Shown here: positions 25,206 to 38,070 of the stretch, piece by piece
Position numbering within the stretch: position 1 is the first letter of the stretch
Layout of the letters: the number at the start of each line of letters is the position of its first letter
DNA from: Octopus sinensis
Taxonomy: Eukaryota
Assembly (NCBI RefSeq): GCF_006345805.1
Contig: NC_042998.1
Coordinates: 37,262,001-37,326,000 of the forward strand
DNA length: 64,000 bases
Direction: 5' to 3'
The notes under the pieces: model-generated
Databases searched by the model: none
Told to the model about the DNA's origin: nothing
What the model saw: only the letters and a program-made list of their open reading frames with translations
Made by a program: the position numbers and the translations under genes

Positions 25206-25500
25206 GCGGATGCGCTATGGCCCAGTGGTTAGGACAGCGGACACGCGGTCGCAGGATCGCGGTTTCGATTCCCAGACGTTGTGAGTGTTTATTGAGCGAA
25301 AACACCTAAAGCTCCACGAGGCTCTGGCAGGTGATCCCTGCTGTACTCTTTCGCTACAACTTTCTCTCATACTTTCTTCTTTTGGCCTGCTCGCTTAGCG
25401 AGCGGGGTGGCGTCATTTGAAGACTAAACGAATGCTAAGCGTATTGTGACCAGCGATGTGTAGCAACATCTGATATCCTGGTCGGTCACGTAATCACGTG
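25206..25500 (+). mobile_element. tRNA-derived SINE, family C (working label), inserted in a 28-bp inverted repeat
   Basis: Seen: head GGATGCGCTATGGCCCAGTGGTTAGG...GGTTTCGATTCCCAGAC (A/B boxes). The body is shared with 47747-48030. An approximate TSD ATGTC(A)CCCCTA is at 25190-25200 / 25501-25512. Confidence 0.85.
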
Positions 25501-27962
25501 ATGTCACCCCTATATCTGCGTTCCTTTTTTACACCGAAGTTAGGAATCTAAAGAGAAACTTAACAAGTCCAGAGAATGAAATATGGAGATTATAATGAAG
25601 TACTTTAGTAATAACGATGTGACATTTATTAACTACTTTTCGTATTTTCGCGTAGAGCTACAACTCTCTAACAACATGTGAAAAATACACTCCTATTTGG
25701 ATAAAGTCTAAGTGTAAAGAAATATATAGAATGGGGTCATCATTTGATCTGCTGAGGGAAACATAGCAGTTGATATATTATGAGGAGAGCATATAATCAG
25801 ATGACCACAGATTTAATCACCTGACTCGATCCTATCAGCTTTAATGCGGACAAAGCTATGAATGAAGAAATCGAACCAAGGTGCCCGTGGACAGCAATGG
25901 CAAAGATTAGGGTAAAGCACGACGAAGGGATATCCATTTTACGTAGTGAATGACGTAAGCAAATAATGCTCAACAAAATGTAGTTGTCTTAATCGAAGAA
26001 ATAAACGAACTTTGAGGGGCCATTGATCGTGACTGTCAATGAGAAGAAGGGATGAAAGGTGAAATAAAAAAAGAAATAACAACGGAAATTACAGATTATA
26101 ATCCTTCGGGAAGGTCTTGTGACTCTTAGACTATTGTTAATATATGTCAATAAATAAAGGCTACAATCTCATTGCATCTTGGGAGGGACAGCTTCAATTT
26201 TACCAAAAGTCAACTATTCCACAAACTGATCGACTGTTCGATTACTCGTTCAGTAGCTGATTTATTGATCGACTGAATGATTAAAACCAAATAATTGACT
26301 AGTTAATTAGCTTGAGGAAACAGAATCTGTGCGTGTGTATTTGTTGGTGTAATAGCACTCTCAAACCCAGGTTGTTTCAATACAGAATTTCACATCAAAT
26401 GTCTTGTTAATATGAAAGCAAAGAGACCGCTGATCATCACTGATCGAACCGACAAGAGATGGTTTATGAAAAGATTCTTAGTGTTGAAACATCACCAAGC
26501 GTCATCAACTCAAAAATAACTTGCTGTTTCTTAGAATTTTCTCCTAAATCGTTATAAATCCTCACCAATTATATGCACCTATATGTATGAAGGTATGCCC
26601 TAGGTATGACAACAAACTGCTTTATGATAGACACTGTCGTCTATGAAACAGAAGTCACAACACACGCACGCCTGCGTGTGTGTGTGTGTATACTTTTTTC
26701 CTGAGTTTAATTTAAATTCTTCCTAAGAGAGTTCAAGCCGGTGGTTAACAAAGCGACAAGACATTTTGCGTTAATGTTTCTAGTAAGCAAAGTGTAATTA
26801 TAATTTTGTTTCCTTAACAATCTATTTTCCTCCAATTCCTATACGCCTTCTTCGGAAAGTCGATTTATTGGTGTTAAAAATTGAACATGGAATTTGAAAT
26901 TTTTTTCTTAACTTTTAACAAGATATATTCAGCGAAGGGATACATTTTGTAAAATTTGTATAACACAAAAACATTTTCGCAAAACATTTTTCAGTCAAAT
27001 GCAAGAATCTATACCTTTTCATAATCAACATTTTTATTCACGTATTGATTTTAATGAGGAAACTTTTTTGTTCTAATATGTATTATCCCACGCAAATTAC
27101 AAAGTAAAAGAAACGAGAGAAGCAGACGTCTTTGGAATATTTCATTTTTCTATGAATGAGCATAATGAAACTTACATTTGTACGCAAACAATCCAGGAAA
27201 ATTATTAATAAATTCATGCAGCTACAATTTCTATTCCTTCACACACATTTCAAAGTGCTGCATTATACTCAATTTTGGCGGAATGCTAGTTTTGATGATC
27301 TATTCGTTGGCTTATCTGCGATATGAAAAGAATATACATTTTTTTTTTGCTGCATTTAATAAACACCGTATTCATGAACTATAATGGATGCTCTATATTT
27401 CAACTTTGGCAACTGCATAAAATCGGTTCATTAGCAAGCAAGAATCACGTCCTATTGCTAAATGCTTTCTCAATTATAATTATACGAGCTATCAGCGACA
27501 TCTATGTGTTCATTAGCAATAATGCAACTTTTATAAAAGCGATTCGTGTGAATTAACGTATACGAGGAACTCTACAATAGAAATTTCCCACCACTGGCTA
27601 TGTTAATTAGGCTGCAAAATAGGCCAGTGCGTATTCTTGAACGTAAAACATGTTAGTGAAGTAAAGGAATATACAAAAGACCCTACATATATTTTTTACT
27701 AGTAGTGTTACGAATATTCTTAACTTATTTTTACTATTTATTTTATATAACAATGCATTTACAATCCACACTGAGATGAGTACAAACTATAAAAGTGATA
27801 TAGATAAAAAGTAGGAACACGTAAAAATATTTAAACTTATTCAAGTTTACTTTTTATAGCCGAAAATATAGTTCTACTTTTCTTATACAATGATGATGAA
27901 CGCCAATCTGCTAGGCTAATTTCTGATCCGTAGACTTAACATATGATGTATTGCATCAAACA

Positions 27963-28345
27963 CAGGCGCAGAAGTGGGTGTGTGGTAAGTAGCTTGCTTA
28001 CTAACCACATGATCCTGGGTTCAATCCCACTGCATGGTGCCTTGGGGAAGTGTCTTTTACTCCAGCCTCGATCTGACCAAAGCCTTGTGAGAGTATTTGG
28101 TAGACGGAAACTGAAAGTAGACCGTCATATACATATTGAGTGTATGTGTGTCTGTGTTTGTTCCCTCACCATCGCTTGACAACCGATGTTGGTGTGTTTA
28201 CACCTCCGTAATCTAGTGGTTCGGCAAAAGAGACCGATGGAAGATGTACTAAGCTTACAAAGAATAAGTCCAGGGGTGGATTTGTTCGACTAAATGCGGT
28301 GCTCCAGCATGACGGCAGACAAATGACTGAAGCAAATAACAGAAT
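27963..28345 (+). mobile_element. SINE family A, full length
   Basis: Seen: AGGCGCAGAAGTGGGTGTGTGGTAAG ... GCGGTGCTCCAGCATG...AAATGACTGAAGCAA. Confidence 0.9.
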
Positions 28346-28883
28346 TGAAAACTACTGCGAGAAATAGTTGCTATAAATCCATTTGGTTCATTTTAAGCTT
28401 TGTGGTGAGGATCAACTATAAAATCCATGAAAGATTTGCGGTAAAATGTCGTAACTGATTTTAATCTGTCTCTAATATTTTGGTGTGACCGTTCTTTTTT
28501 ATACGTGTGAAACCATTCTTTCAAACATTAAAACGGATATTGATTTCTTTTTTTCACTAGGTAAGCGTCCCATTGATTTCTACCTAAAATTCTCTCACAT
28601 TTTTATTATAACAGCTAATTCAAGTTCATAATATTACATATGAAAGTTGCATCAAATATATAATGTTTAAAATACATTACTATTCGTTCCAACATATGTA
28701 ATAGCGAAAATACTTTTTTTTCTATGGCGACATGCTATGACTAGAATTAAAACAACTGTTTGTCTGTGAACGTATATTTCAATGCACCAAAGAGACTACA
28801 GTTTTTACAGGTTAAATAAAAAAAAACCTTGTTTATTACAATCAAGTATAAAACTTTAAAACTTTTTTTTTTAAATGTATGAA

Positions 28884-28915
<32 letters not shown>

Positions 28916-28925
28916 TACGGGCTCG

Positions 28926-29400
28926 TTTTTTTTATAAGTTTCAGCTCGAGAGGTGCAGCCATACTGGGTGACCACCGTTAGCTTTGCTACAATTTCACTA
29001 TTTGAAATCACCTCTGATATGTAGCATTTGATGAATAAAGGAGTTTGCGGTTGCTGGTCCCATTCGTATGCCTTGCCGCTAGGTAGGTACGTCTGGAGCT
29101 CTTGACAGAAGAAATCCACTTCTATTTTCAAAACACCAACCCCCAACCCGTGTAAGCCTCGCATGCTTTTTGGAAGGCTATTGAAGAGTTGCGGTCCCTT
29201 GAAATACGAATTCTTATGAGGGCACAAAAGCAGTTGTTTTTTATTATCTCCACCTCTTGTACTAACATGTATGGAATTGAAAACATTCCGATGCGCTGGA
29301 GAGTTGGTGAAACTGTAACCCAGTGAGCAAAAGAAAAAAATAGAAAAATATGAGCTTGGAAGAAATAGTAAACATACTGTTTGTCGGTAGTTATCAGAAA
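28926..29400 (-). mobile_element. CR1/L2-group LINE, extreme 3' fragment with 3' UTR and short A tail
   Basis: Seen: NSYFKGPQLFNSLPKSMR...LKIEVDFF, matching the GP-LFN-LP...K..LD.FL C-terminal motif of CR1-group ORF2 (established knowledge). It ends GGTGGTCACCCAGTATGGCTGCAC...CTGAAACTTATAAAAAAAA. Confidence 0.7.
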
Positions 29401-29444
29401 GTATTTAAAATCAATACCCGTTAGTAACCAGATGGTCATATCTA

Positions 29445-29860
29445 TTTCGTTACTACCCTCAAGGGGCTAAACACAGAGAGGACAAACAAGGACAGACAAA
29501 CGGATTAAGTCGATTATATCGACTCCAGTGCGTAGCTGGTACTTAATTTATCGACCCCGTATGGATGAAAGGCAAAGTCGACCTCGGCGGAATTTGAACT
29601 CAGAACGTAGCGGCAGACGAAATACCTATTTGTTTACTACCCACAAGGGGCTAAACACAGAGAGGAAAAACAAGGACAGACAAACGGATTAAGTTGATTA
29701 TATCTACCCCAGTGCATAACTGTACTTAATTTATCGACCCCGTAAGGATTAAAGGGAAAGTCGACCTCGGCGGAATTTTAACACAGAACATAAGCGGCAG
29801 ACGAAATACTGCTAAGCATCTCGCCCGGCGTGCTAACGATTCTGCCAGCTCACCACCTTT
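29445..29860 (-). mobile_element. SINE family B dimer (one head, two bodies)
   Basis: Seen: two consecutive reverse-complemented bodies (29445-29630 and 29630-29860). Only the second retains the GGTGAGCTGGCAGAATC head. Confidence 0.88.
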
Positions 29861-29949
29861 AGCTGGTCATACCTGCAACCCAAAACATAGACAATTAACC
29901 AGAGATACATGGTTGCATTATTATGGCAGTAATTTCTCTATGAAAACTT

Positions 29950-30262
29950 GACCGTAGTGAAAACGCATATGCGGCCCTCGATCGGAAAGTCATGAGTTCA
30001 ATTTCCGGTGGTACGTTGTATCCTGCAGCAAGACACTTTAATTCTCGTTGCTCTACTTTACTAAGCTGGTAAAAATGAGTTGCCTTATAGTTCGAAGGCT
30101 CAGCCTTATCACATTCGGTGTGTCACGCTGAATCTCCCTAAGAACTACGTTAAGGGTACGCGTTGCTGTGGAGTACTCAGTCATTTGCAGGTTAATTTCT
30201 CGAGCAAGCTGTTCCAAAGGTCGGATCAACTGGAACCATTGTTATCGCAACCGACAACCAAT
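29950..30262 (+). mobile_element. tRNA-derived SINE, family D (working label; CORE-like)
   Basis: Seen: GAGTTCAATTTCCGG (B box), then GCAAGACACTTTA...CTAAGCTGGTAAAAATGAGT (CORE-like). The tail differs from families A-C. Confidence 0.6.
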
Positions 30263-30760
30263 CAGCCCGCTTGACCATTGTAGACTCGCATGTAAAGACA
30301 AAACTACGCAGATTATACGAGCAGCTTAGTGATTTCTACGGAGATGCTCTACGGACAAAGCACAATTTAATGACAATAGCACCTCGTGCTCACACCCACA
30401 GTTTTACAAAAATTGTAAAACTATGAAAATGGCTGCCTGCATCTCCTTGTTGCTATAATAATCATCAATTCTCAAATAGAACTGAAATCTGAGTAACGAT
30501 TCAGCACAGAATCATATGCTTTCACACTAACAATTGATATCTACATCATGTATTAAGTCGGAGCCCTCTTGTTTGAAAATTCGTAAGTATTTCTATGTGT
30601 GTGCATGTTCGGGGCGATGGTTTGCCTGTGCGTGTGTGCGCCTCTCGATCTCTTTCACTCCCACTATATAAATTTAGAACTGTCTATCTATCTTTCTGTC
30701 TATCAATCTAACTATCTATACACACACAGACACAGACACAGACACATATATATATATATG

Positions 30761-30804
<44 letters not shown>

Positions 30805-30824
30805 CATATTCTTTTATTCTTCTA

Positions 30825-31023
30825 CTTACTTCAGTCATTTCACTGCAGCCATGCTGGAGCACTGCTTTTATAGTCGAGCAAATCGATCTCATGACTCAAT
30901 CTTTGTAAGCCTAGTACTTATACTATCAGTTCTTTTGCCGAACCGCTAAGATACGGGGACTTAAACACGCCAGCATCTATTCGGATGACAAACACAGACA
31001 CACAGAGACAGACAGACAGACAG

Positions 31024-31075
<52 letters not shown>

Positions 31076-31226
31076 GGCGGGTTTCATTCACCTTCTGTCT
31101 ACCAAATCCACTCACAAAGCTTCGGTGGGTCCGATGCTGTAGTGGAAGACACTTGCCCAAGGTACCCCGCAGTGGGACTGAACCCAGAACAATGTGGTTG
31201 GTAAGCAAACTACTAACCACACAGCT
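30825..31226 (-). mobile_element. SINE family A
   Basis: Seen: same modules as the other A copies, with expanded internal (GACA)/(CA)/(TA)n. Confidence 0.9.
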
Positions 31227-32583
31227 ATACATACATACATATATATATATATACATGTGTGTGTGCGTGTGTGTGTGTGTGTATGAATATATACGGAATA
31301 TATATAATATAATCTTCCTTTATTATATACAGAATTGATATGTAAGCATATATGCATATAAACATATATACACTTGCGCGCTCACACATGTAGATATCCA
31401 TAAAAAACCTTTACACGTGTATTTATGTACACATAGTCAAACATACACACTTAAATGCAGGCACATTTACACACTTAAATTATTCATCTATAAGTAGCAG
31501 TATTGTTTACAACTGTTACAGTATATGTCTGCATAATATTTAATGATTTATATGTATGTGAACGGCAATGCATTTCCCTCTGTTATTGGTTTCTAATCCG
31601 TTCGATAGCTCTGACAGAAAATGTGTTCCCTTGTTAATATAACGGAAACTCTATGTAAATACATATTGTTTTCTCGGGTTTAGGAGAAGGATATTTAAAT
31701 AGTGCCGTGGGAAGTATAAAGATTTTATGCAAATATTTGTAATTGGTGTAAACGATTAAGGACCGTTCGTATTAAATTAGTTTATTTAAGGGATCATTAG
31801 AAACGATAATATTTTTTTCTTTACTTCCATTCGCTCTTCATTTTACTAAGTTTATTAATATTTCTGCATCAACTGAGCCATTTTAAAAAGTATCATTTAA
31901 ATGAATAACAAATAGCAAGTTTTGCATCTAAATATTTCTTACACTCGCAATTAATTATTTCAAGACAGCCTGGTCTTTTTCCTTCTGATCCCAAACATAA
32001 ACGAAAGTGATGTGTTAAATCCTTTATTTTAAGATATATTCATTATCTTTATTACATTATATACTGCAAATTTTAATATCATTGATATCTTACGAACAAG
32101 AAAAATAATTTTCCTCTCGTTAGCGTGACCTACCTTCCCATGCACTAAATGCAATTTGCTAACATTCTGATGTGCGAAAGCCCGTGTATAAATGTATGTA
32201 TGTATGTAAGTATGTATTTTGTATGTATGTGTGCGTGCATGTGTGCGCGCCCACGTACGTACGTGAGTGTCTGTATGTTTGTTTCATAGGTAGAAAGTTA
32301 CAAAACTGAGTGAGAAGACTACGTTTATAATCCGGTCCCATACACTGCATTAATATTCCTCGCACTTGTTGCCTTTATTGAAATGCACGTTCTCACGGCT
32401 TTATCGGTCGCATTCTCACCTTGAATCGATTTTTGTTATTTTTTTCAAGACTTATGCACGAGCTTATAACGGTGGTATCTACATATCAAATTTGAGCGCA
32501 ACCGGACGGAGGATGCCACAGATCCTAGAAGACACACACAGACAGAACAGATTTTATATAATAGATATACGTATGTATATATG

Positions 32584-32629
<46 letters not shown>

Positions 32630-32697
32630 CATATAAAAATATATATATATATACATATATATGTATACATATATATATATGTATATATATATATACT

Positions 32698-33098
32698 CTC
32701 TTACTCTCTTACTTGTTTCAGTCATTTGACTGCGGCCATGCTGGAGCACCGCCTTTAATCGAGCAACTCGACCCCGGGACTTATTCTTTGTAAGCCCAGT
32801 ACTTATTCAATGGGTCTCTTTTGCCGAACCACTAAGTGACGGGGACGTAAACACACCAGCATCGGTTGTCAAGCAATGCTAGGGGGACAAACACAGACAC
32901 ACAAACACACACATACATATATATATACATATATACGACAGGCTTCTTTCAGTTTCCGTCTACCAAATCCACTCACAAGGCATTGGTCGGCCCGGGGCTA
33001 TAGCAGAAGACACTTGCCCAAGATGCCACGCAGTGGGACTGAACTCGGGACAATGTGGTTGGTTAGCAAGCTACTTACCACACAGCCACTCCTGCGCC
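32698..33098 (-). mobile_element. SINE family A, young full-length copy
   Basis: Seen: complete head to (AGAGTA)n tail; nearly identical to 1-295 and 36301-36708. Confidence 0.93.
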
Positions 33099-33115
33099 TA
33101 TATGTAGGTATATGT

Positions 33116-33157
<42 letters not shown>

Positions 33158-33213
33158 CTATATATGTACCTATATGTAGGTATATATATATATACCTACA
33201 TATATATATATAC

Positions 33214-33290
<77 letters not shown>

Positions 33291-33899
33291 TTTGTAGGGA
33301 GCGTATCTCAATGAATATTTGCATATATGTGTGTTTGTTGCAACATGTGTAGCTTGATGAACGTAAATCTATTTATGTATAATCCTAGCGGCATTATAAA
33401 GGATATATATATGCATGTATACTTTCACATGCCTTTATGCATGAGTTTGTATATGAATCTATATGTTTGTATACGAAAGCCCGGCCAGTGTACTTGTAAG
33501 CATATTATTATGTGTCTCTGAGATATTTGTGATTGTCTTGATAAATGGCTGACATCATTTTAACAGCAAGTCAATAAACATCTATTTACATAGTTTTATC
33601 TACCTTATCTCCCAAACTGTTGTGTAGAAATGAAATTCTCTAGTTTATATTTCAAAAAGCCTCACTAATACGTTTGTTTTTATTAATCACATAATAATCG
33701 TGTGATTCGATAATTATTAAAACAGCTGTAGGAAATACGAATTGGGAATATCACCAATATTGTTTACCGTTGTTTTACCATAAGTACGTATGCATGGTTG
33801 CAAGCATATATGTATGCTTGTATGTATCTATATGTGTGTGTCTATGTTTGTACATATATATGTGTGTGAGTGTGTTTGTAAGCATGTGTGTATGCATGC

Positions 33900-33924
<25 letters not shown>

Positions 33925-33930
<6 letters not shown>

Positions 33931-34065
33931 AACGACGAAGACAGGTGGTGTACAAAACAAACAGATGTATTAGTATAACGCTCGGGAATAGTAAAGTCTT
34001 TTACGTTTCGAGCCCACGCTCTTCTACAGAAAGGGACACAGAAAAAACAAGGAGAGAACAAACAT
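33925..34065 (-). mobile_element. Short Penelope-derived repeat next to (TA)n with a minimal hammerhead motif (33998-34033)
   Basis: Seen: the minus strand reads CTTT-CTGTAGA-A-GAGC GTGG GCTC-GAA ACGT A-AAAG. Confidence 0.6.
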
Positions 34066-36300
34066 ATATATATGTATATATACATTACATACAAACATGC
34101 ACACAGACAGACACTCACACACACTTCCACACATATGGATGCATATGGATATAACGTTTGTCCTGGGTATGAATTTCCTCCTAATTAGTAGATGATGCCA
34201 CACCTGTAACAACTTCATCACATTATAACAAGGAACATTAGAATTTATTTTCCAATCAGACTTATTGTGTAGCTTCGGTTACCAACCCTAAAACACCCTT
34301 AGAAAAGATTGATGGTTTAATGAACATACCTTGGAAATTCTCGAATTTTTAGCAAAGCCAAGTTCCCAGGCATTTTATGGCAATGGATATTAAAATCTGC
34401 AGCAGAAGCATCTTGAGACAGATCACCCAATTTGTCGTGAAATTTTAACTTTGTTGTTTCAGAAATACAATGCAAAACGAAACTCAGAATTGAAGGGACA
34501 CAATTGATAGCAAAGCAGTAAATATATCGATCCCAGTAACTTCCAATTTCAAAAGTTTACTTGGCTTTACTTTACATACGAATATTTGAATAAATGAGGT
34601 GCGCCCAAAACTTATGGGACTTAATATTTTCCTCTTCAAATTTAATGCCGTGCGGGACAATACTTTTGAGTGAGAGGTGATTCTATCCTTGCTGCAGATG
34701 CAAGAAAACTTTCGCGGCGACAGACTGCGTCAGTTGCCGGCTGTTATACCTACAGTACAGACCCCTAATGCGTGCTCGTCGGATTTTTTGTTTTCATCGA
34801 ACGTATCAAGCAGAGATATTGCATCAATGTTTGCCAAAACTATCAACATACCCAAGTTCAAAATCATCTGAGCTTGAAACATTCAGCAGGATTTTTGACG
34901 ATGATGCCATTCGTAAGACTCCACAGGTGTTACAAGCACTTCAAACATGCTTGTAACATTAGCTTTAATGGGAAAAATAAAGTCAGATTCTTTCTGAATG
35001 CACATTGTATATTGACTTTATTTCATGACTATCTTAATCGTGTAAATGTATTCATTATGTTAAAGAAAAAATGTACATAAATGGAGGGTATTGAGTATAT
35101 TTTCATGAGCTTGTCCTGTTGTCTCATACCATTATAGCTTAGTCATTTATGCAAAATTACATCACTTAAATATTAATAATTCTAATTAATCATCTGATTA
35201 TGTTAACAATATTTTCCTAATGGTTACACGATCCATTTAACAGCTTCCTTCAACTTCAAAACGCAGGACATCCTTTCTTCTAGTCAGCCTAAGATGCTTA
35301 ATCGGCGAGAGATACTTGCACAAGTTTTTAGATATCTTTATTTTTTCATAAATTGTACTTTCGTAAGTAACTAGACAACATGAAACTGTAATATTTGATG
35401 ACGGACAATTCTCACCTTGAATCAGTTTTAATATTTTGCTCTTTTGAGTTCTAATTTATTTTTTCCATCTTGTTTTTTTTTTTTCCACACATCTGTAATT
35501 GTAAGAATTCAATTATTCTTTCATATTGAGAGTATAAACACTAGTCCAAATTTTTTACAGTCAGCTTTCTCTACAAGTAGTGAAATGACGATTAAACACA
35601 CGCTGAGACTATAACAGGTATATGACATAAACAAGGGCATATTATATACCTTCTATTTGATACACTCGCATCTCGCTAGTCCCTGTCTAAGAACCTTCCA
35701 ACAATGTTCTGTTTTCTTTTAATTAGAAACTATAAAGTGTGTGCTAGTGTTATATTTAATTAATTAAATTCTTTCACTAAGCAAAACGTGCCGCATTTTC
35801 TCGTCCTAATAAATTTACATAAACACAGCCACGTAAAGTCATATGCACATACGGACAATCCTTAGAAGCTTAACCAAAGATAACATTTATTTGCTATTGA
35901 TGTACAAAATTGCATTAACGCTACATCAATGTTCGCGAAATTTACTTTCCGTAAAACTGATGGTGTGATTGAGAACGGGTAGACAGCAGAAAAACGAATT
36001 CCTGTAACTTTATTACACGCATTGGACAACTGGATAAACAAGGAAGAGATAATCTCTAATCACATTTGCATGACATAATGCAACTGTAGGGTATTACAGT
36101 TGTCTCTCAATCTCGTTTGCCGTTGTCATTATTGGGTTCATTGCACCCATCAGAACTTGCGGTCAGAAAGCAAATTGCTTGTCGTCAATAATGTAACAAC
36201 ATTATATTCGCATGTACATATGCGACGATCCTTGCTTGTTATCATCTCTGTATTAAAATATCCCAAAACTCTCTTAATTACTATCAGAACCGAAACAATA

Positions 36301-36708
36301 GGCGCAGGAGTGGGTGTGTGGTAAGTAGCTTGCTTACCAACCACATGGTTCCGGGTTCAGTCCCACTGCGTGGCATCTTGGGCACGTGTCTTCTGCTATA
36401 GCCTCGGGCCGACTAAAGCCTTGTGAGTGGATTTGGTAGACGGAAACTGAAAGAAGCCTGTCGTATATATGCATATATATATATGTATGTGTGTGTATGT
36501 TTGTGTGTCTGTGTTTGTCCCCCTAGCATTGCTTGACAACCGATGCTGGTGTGTCTATGTCCCCGTCACTTAGCGGTTCGGCAAAGAGACCGATAGAATA
36601 AGTACTGGGCTTACAAAGAATAAGTCCTGGGGTCGAGTTGCTCGATTAAAGGCGGTGCTCCAGCATGGCCGCAGTCAAATGACCGAAACAAGTAAAAATA
36701 GAATAAAA
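36301..36708 (+). mobile_element. SINE family A, young full-length copy
   Basis: Seen: GGCGCAGGAGTGGGTGTGTGGTAAGTAGC ... GGCGGTGCTCCAGCATGGCCGCAGTCAAATGACCGAAACAAGTAAAA. Confidence 0.93.
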
Positions 36709-37435
36709 TTGTTGCTATGTGTCAATCATACAAATTCCATATCTATATGTCATGGTGCATTATAATATAAAACCACCGAAACACATTAAGTACGTTTTAA
36801 GTTTTTGTAGTCTCACTAAATGTGGACATTTTCTAAATTATCAATAGCTTTAAATCTTTCTAACCAGAACAAAATGCTATCTCGTTTAATTAGTATTTAA
36901 TGAAATGGAATCCTTTTGTTTATATTCGAAGAAACGTATTTGTTAATACAACAACTGAAGTTGCTTTAGTATTTTTTTTCTATTACTTATCCATTATATC
37001 AATTCAATTCTTCTTTCTTCCCCTCAAAATCATGAACAATCTCCATAACTACCAACAAACTAACCTACTTGAGTTTCCTTCTTCCTCCTCTTCCTCATTA
37101 TTACCATCTTCTTCCTCCTCCTCCTCATCATCATCATCATCATCAATATCACAGTAGTATAGTTATTACCATAATTATCAACAGCATCCTTCTGACACCA
37201 GTGTAACCATGAAGATAATCTTTATCCTTCCCCTCATCCTCATTATCACCACGTGCTCATTCGCACAATCTTCCTTACTTATCTCAATGATTAACGCCCT
37301 CAATCTTCCTCATTATCTTTACTGGTTTCTTTATCTTTTCATTGTTGTAATTATTAATTAAACATCATTCATGCTTCATTTATATATAAACCAGGATGCT
37401 CAAAATGAGGCACCGGAGCGAAACGGAAAATATGC

Positions 37436-37842
37436 TTACTCTTACTCTTTACTTGTTTCAGTCATTTTGATTGCGGCCATGCTGGAGCACCGCCTTTAGT
37501 CGAGCGAATCGACTTCTTCTTTGGTGGAAGCCTAGTACTTATTCTATCGGTCTCTTTTGCCGAACGAGCTCTTTTAGGCGGCGAGCTGGCAGAAACGTTA
37601 GCACGCCGGGCGAAACGCTTAGCCGTATTTCGTCTGTCGTTACGTTCTGAGTTTAAATTCCACCGGGGTCGACTTTGCCTTTCATCCTTTCGGGGTCGAT
37701 AAATTAAGTACCAGTTACGCACTGGGTCGATATAATCGACTTAATCCGTTTGTCTCTCCTTGTTTGTCCTCTCTGTGTTTAGCCCCTTGTGGGTAGTAAA
37801 GAAATATGTCTCTTTTGCCGAACTGCTAAGTTTCGGGGATGT
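37436..37842. mobile_element. SINE family B (37577-37806, +) nested in the 3' half of a SINE family A (-)
   Basis: Seen: 16-bp duplication GTCTCTTTTGCCGAAC at 37550-37565 and 37808-37823. The A sequence resumes after it. Confidence 0.9.
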
Positions 37843-37859
37843 TTATATATTTGCTAATC

Positions 37860-38070
37860 CAATATTGACTTAAAATTCGATCACAAGGCCAGCAATTTTA
37901 ATGGAGGGAGTAAGTTGATTACATTGACTCTAGAGTTGAACTGGTTCCTATTTTATCGACCTGGAAAGGTTGAAAGGCGAAGCCGACCCCGGCGGGATTT
38001 GAACGTAAAGACAGATATTATGCCGTAAGCATTTTACCCGGTGTACTAACGATTCTGACAGCTCAGCATA
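37860..38070 (-). mobile_element. SINE family B, older copy
   Basis: Seen: AAAGGCGAAGCCGACCCCGGCGGGATTTGAAC...CTAACGATTCTGACAGCTC. Confidence 0.75.

Noticed and set aside
30400-30422. Perfect 10-bp hairpin AGTTTTACAA-AAA-TTGTAAAACT
   Set aside because: AT-rich, isolated, and plausible by chance.
30599-34221. Many YIYI/CVCV-rich ORFs (also at 13655-14234, 21828-22040, 41490-41730, 58338-58708)
   Set aside because: They come from stop-free (TA)n/(CA)n tracts and SINE-A bodies.
34331-34956. Exon-like open frames on both strands with GTATGT donors (for example LKFHDKLGDLSQDASAADFNIHCHKMPGNLALLKIREFP on minus)
   Set aside because: Competing candidates on opposite strands, weak acceptors and no recognisable protein. 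Needs RNA-seq.
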